Positions 59,656 through 64,000 of a DNA stretch of 64,000 nucleotides are shown one piece after another (position 1 is the stretch's first letter; every line of letters starts with the position of its first letter). The translations under genes were made by a program, and so were the position numbers. The stretch is from Selaginella moellendorffii (taxonomy: Eukaryota > Plantae > Lycopodiophyta): the NCBI RefSeq assembly GCF_000143415.4, contig NW_003314307.1:1034952-1098951 (forward strand), given 5' to 3'. Under the pieces are notes generated by a model. That model ran no database searches, was not told where the DNA came from, and saw only the letters and a list, made by a program, of their open reading frames with translations.

Positions 59656-60312
59656 ATGACAAGATCTCAAGGTGCTGGTGCTACTACTAATCCTCTTCCA
59701 GGTGCGAGCGTCCATCACAACTTCTACCTCGAAGACTCTCGAGCCGGCGCCGCAAGCTCTCGAGCTGGCGCTGCCAACTCTCGCTGCAACAAGCAGACGA
59801 TCAACGCCGGTGACAATCCATGCCGCTTCCAGTCGCCACTTCCGTACATGCTCGCCGGCCTCGCGGCCATGGTTTTGCTCGTCGTCATCTCGCTTATGAT
59901 CCTGGCGTGCTCATATCTCCGGGGCTACTTCTCCGATTCGAATGGTGGCTCCGGTGGTTCTTCCGGTTCTTCCTCGGCTCCAGGCAGCGATCCCGAGAAT
60001 CCCAAGGCAGCGAGCTTGCAAGCCTTGCACAACGGATTTGCGGCTTCTCCCGAGAAGATTGTAGTCATCCTGGCGGGGCAGGACAAGCCCACGCATCTGG
60101 CTCAGCCGATCCAGGTGACGAACAAGCTCGATCTCGATCGGTCCTCGTCTGCCAGTGAAGGTGACGAGGATGGCGATGCACAAAAAGGAGATCGAGACGA
60201 GAAGAACTCAAAGAGGAAGAAGAAGAAGAACGCTTCCTCCTCCTCTTCGTCTCTGGAAGATGATTCATCCAGCAATGACGTCGATTCGCAACAGGTATAC
60301 GACCGAGTTTAA
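59656..60312 (+). CDS. GDU: GLUTAMINE DUMPER family protein
   Basis: FQSPLPYMLAGLAAMVLLVVISLMILACSY TM motif and KIVVILAGQDKPTHLAQP (VIMAG domain). Confidence 0.9.
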   Translation: MTRSQGAGATTNPLPGASVHHNFYLEDSRAGAASSRAGAANSRCNKQTINAGDNPCRFQSPLPYMLAGLAAMVLLVVISLMILACSYLRGYFSDSNGGSGGSSGSSSAPGSDPENPKAASLQALHNGFAASPEKIVVILAGQDKPTHLAQPIQVTNKLDLDRSSSASEGDEDGDAQKGDRDEKNSKRKKKKNASSSSSSLEDDSSSNDVDSQQVYDRV

Positions 60313-61433
60313 AGTTTGATTCCCGGAAAAATCTGGATCCATAAAGAAGAAAATTCCACAACACAGGGATAGTTCTCTTCGTCTTGATCGTAGCTGTGTC
60401 ACGATTGTACGGCATTTTGAGCCTAGTACTGCCGGGTTTTAATCTTTTGTGGTGGTGTGTATTTTTTTTTTTCAATTTCATTTCCTTCGATCATACATTT
60501 CTTCACACAAGACCTGGAAAAAATCAAAAGGCATGAATCGACCATGTACGGAATACGTTAAAAGTGGCAGCGAATCATGCGTTGGAAATGGGACTTGCCT
60601 GTCAGATTTATGGTTTGGTTGTTCATGCAGGTGTGATGTGCAAAACCCCACGGCATGGCTCACATTTTTATTTCTCTCTCTGCCACGAACGGTTGATCGG
60701 TCAGAACGAGATCTCCGTACGGAAATAGGAATGATGAAAACTTGATCAATCTTTGAGGAACAACTCTTCCGTTCTTATTCAGAAAATTCTTATCAAAAAA
60801 TTATTGTACGCTCCGCTCCTTCTTTACGAATATGAACTTATCCATTCATCATGATCTCCAGAAACCATAGTGTATATTACTTGTCGGGCAAATACTGTGC
60901 TAAGTTTAAAATGTAAAGGAGCTCTGGTTTTACTTCTTTCTTCTTGAAAGCATTGCTCTCGAATAAATCCCATTGAAACCACAACAAAAGAATAAAGTTA
61001 ATATAAGATTTACAATGATTACTTCAAGTCTTCCTCAATCGAGAATCTTTATTTTTATCTTAATCTAATGTTCCACTATCCCATTTTTTAAACGATAATA
61101 TATTCTATCTCATTTCTATCTTGCAAGATGCAAGCTAATCACACTGTTCACACTGCAAACTACTTCAAGTTTTTTTCTTGTCACCGAGGTAAGTTTAAAC
61201 CGAATATTAAGATTTTAAAAGTAATATAAACTAAACTAATTCTTAGGTATTGTCTACACACTTAGTTTGTATTTTTCTTAATGTTAACCTTATCTATATA
61301 ATTGATTTAAAAAATTATTATTTTAATGCTTAGATATGCTATAAATAAATATAATATAAATTTTTTATGGTTTATAATATAATAATTTTTTAAGTTTTGT
61401 ACGCCTTTTCTCTTTTCCCTTTTCTCTCTCTTG

Positions 61434-61844
61434 CTACAATAGTAGTACAACACTATATTTTTTAAAGAATACTAGAAATGAAATATAGGTTCTTCCAAGT
61501 GTTTCATTTACAATCATATAGTTAAGCAATAGCATGCCACTTGTATTTCTTATAGAGTTGCCTTTTACAATTATTAGATTTGGATGACAAGCGTCATACA
61601 CCTCCATCTGCCAACCATACATTTCAGTTTCCATGTAATAGTAAGTAGGCTTTGACCACCAACATTCATATGAAGTCCAATCTGCTACAGAGTTTTCATT
61701 CCATATAGCATGACACCAAAACATAGTTGTACATACGGATCTACACTCTACTTGAACTGGTGAGCCTACTGAATTGATTACATGCACACCTTTGTTGTCA
61801 CAATCAGTTATAATAATCACAATATAAAGAATTGCTAAGAACAT
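61434..61844 (-). CDS. Small secreted Cys-containing protein, S-protein homolog (SPH/Self-incomp_S1)-like, possibly a pseudogene
   Basis: Signal peptide, VHVINSVGSPVQVECRS, TTMFWC. The usual DDDLG..F.F segment between CRS and TxFWC is missing. Confidence 0.5.
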   Translation of the reverse strand: MFLAILYIVIIITDCDNKGVHVINSVGSPVQVECRSVCTTMFWCHAIWNENSVADWTSYECWWSKPTYYYMETEMYGWQMEVYDACHPNLIIVKGNSIRNTSGMLLLNYMIVNETLGRTYISFLVFFKKYSVVLLL

Positions 61845-63711
61845 TAAAAGACTGTTAGTAATATACTGAATCTATCTATTTATTATTATAAGTACAATAA
61901 TATCATATAAATGAGAAAGCTGCTTGAGGATAAATGATTTTAGATGTGCTAGATATGTAAAGGTCCTAGTTCATTTTATAATGTTACAATAATTTCTATT
62001 GCCTAAAATATAGTCAAACTAAAAATAATTTTAGTGATTTTTACCATGTTTTACACTTTAAAGTATTGATAACATAATTCTATTTTCTATATTTTATAAA
62101 TATAATATAATATAATATTATAATATAATTCTATCCCAATGCTACACAATCCTCATCTACAAAATCTCTCAATTCTAGGACAACTAGCTCTTCTAGTGGG
62201 GTGTTTTCTTTAGGTGTTAAATTTTTAGTCTAGAAACCACTTGCCTATTCAGGAATATAGGATTTTCTTTAATCCAATATACTCTTAAACTTTTCTCTAA
62301 TCAAGTTTATTCATAAATAAGTAAATTTCAGATGAGGATTAGGGTGTGGATATAGTTTACAAAATTCGTCCTTACTACATCTTAGATAGATTTCTAAAGG
62401 TCCCACACACATTGAGACTGAAATAGTTTTGAATATCATCCTTCTTCAACCACACTCTTTAATATAGTTCTAGACTATTTCCATTGGGGAGTTTTTATAG
62501 ACAATGAGAGTGGATCAAGAGTAAAAAGATCACAACTCACACTTAGACTTTTGGTCTTTACTTTACTGCTTAATGTTTATAACATGACCTTTCTCTAATG
62601 TGGCTGTAGAATTTATTCCCACCACCAAGTAGCTTATGTTGAATATCTTGTATTATTATATTTAAACCTGATTTAAATTTACGTTATTATATATTTATTC
62701 ATTAAATAAAAATTTAGTCTAAATTAAATTATTGAAATGTTCTTTTCTCACTTTTTTTTTGTTTATAATATTTCCTAGTCCTGAAAATATCGCCTATTGA
62801 TTTTTTTTGTATTATTATTATTTGACATATTATTAAAATAAAAAACAATATTTAAGATAATATTATTATTTATTTTTCTAAATTTTCCAAAGAAAATCAA
62901 GCTTTTCTACAAAATGCAACAAATTATTTTAATATTAATTTATAATATATATATATTTTTATTAATATGCTTGCTATAAATTTATCAATCACACTACTCA
63001 ATAAGTAGTAGATATCATAAGTGTAAAATTTTTAAATGCATGTTTTTCAATCAATGTATACTAAATCAACAACTTTATGAAAACACTTAATTAACATATC
63101 CAAAAAAAGAAAAAAAATCCTCAAGTAACTAATATAAGTAATTATTAATAAGGTGAGATATAGAAAAGGAATTAAAGAAGATAAGTTTCACTAAATGCAT
63201 ATTCTATTAGATGAACAGTAATATGTGGTAAAAAACATTAAAAACTAGTTATTTATTTCCTGATGTAAAAGTCTTTATTATTACTAATATTTATTTTTAA
63301 GCTTTATTACTTAAGCTAAGGGGTAAAGATAATATATATAAATCATATTTTATTAAATTCTACTAATTATAATTTGAATTTATAAAATTCAACAACAATT
63401 ATTAAAACATAAAAAAAAATTTGCAAGCATAACAGTAGCAAGGAGAGACATGCAGCAAAAAACTCATTGCATTGCATTCTTGCTTCTTGATGCCAGATTA
63501 TAAACAATAGATGCATATTGATTAGTAGCGATCAGGACTAATCGTAACGCCGGCAGCCTGCAAGAGCGGCCATTTAAGATGACAACTGAGCAAAAAGTCT
63601 CACAAGGAACAACATTAATGCCCACTCTGCTGGAGACTGGCAACGCGTTCCACCCAGTTTATAAGCCGATCTCTCGATCAAAATCCCCAAGTGCTCCACT
63701 CTTTCATTCAT

Positions 63712-64000
63712 ATGGCAGCCACATTGCTTGCTGCCTGCTGCTACCTTCTCATCCTCTTCTTTGTCATGGTTGAATCGAGAGACAACAAAGAGTTCACTCC
63801 AGAGCTTCATCACCAGTGGGGAGGAAAGTTTCCTGGAGGTGGAGGTGGAGGCTATGGCTATGGTGGCAAAGGACCCGGTTATGGCGGACCGGGCTATAGT
63901 GGAGGCTATGGTGGCGGCAACCCCGGTTACAGTGGAGGCTATGGTAACAATCCTGGCTATGGCGGAAATCCCGGCTATGGTGGTGGCTATGGTAACAATC
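63712..64000 (+). CDS. Secreted glycine-rich (Gly/Tyr/Pro) cell-wall protein, runs off the right edge
   Basis: TATAAG at ~63660; MAATLLAACCYLLILFFVMVES signal followed by GGYG/NPGYGG repeats. Absent from the ORF track because there is no stop in the window. Confidence 0.85.
   Translation, partial: MAATLLAACCYLLILFFVMVESRDNKEFTPELHHQWGGKFPGGGGGGYGYGGKGPGYGGPGYSGGYGGGNPGYSGGYGNNPGYGGNPGYGGGYGNN

Overview
Gene-dense plant nuclear DNA. The ~50-nt introns, tiny intergenic spacers, SS-rich PLS PPR genes and heavily decayed AT-rich repeats suggest a lycophyte such as Selaginella; this is an inference, not checked. Left arm (1-31.7 kb): kinesin-12 (5' part), SDA1, PAM18/TIM14, RPL34, a PLS-E PPR gene, a PTI1-like cytoplasmic kinase, TBL, a small secreted orphan, UNC-93-like MFS, SULTR sulfate transporter, GH10 xylanase, a second PPR and two tandem TMEM45/DUF716 genes. 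Middle (31.8-53 kb) is an accessory block: an intact ~900-aa RNase HI-like ORF with internal duplication and SIM-like motifs, Ty3/gypsy and Ty1/copia relics, an 11/12-bp satellite, an assembly gap, a TRIM-like element, a decayed lectin gene, and a chimera of an RNase H 5' copy with an MVD gene fragment. Right arm: BC10/GT14-like, DUF819, ZCCHC8-like, GLUTAMINE DUMPER, an SPH-like ORF and a glycine-rich protein. The two strongest leads are (1) an OSB-type PDF ssDNA-binding motif spliced in frame to a PLS-E PPR editing-type protein, which the ORF track misses, and (2) the His-loop RNase HI with a poly-SIM tail. All family calls come from motif recognition by eye; no searches were run.
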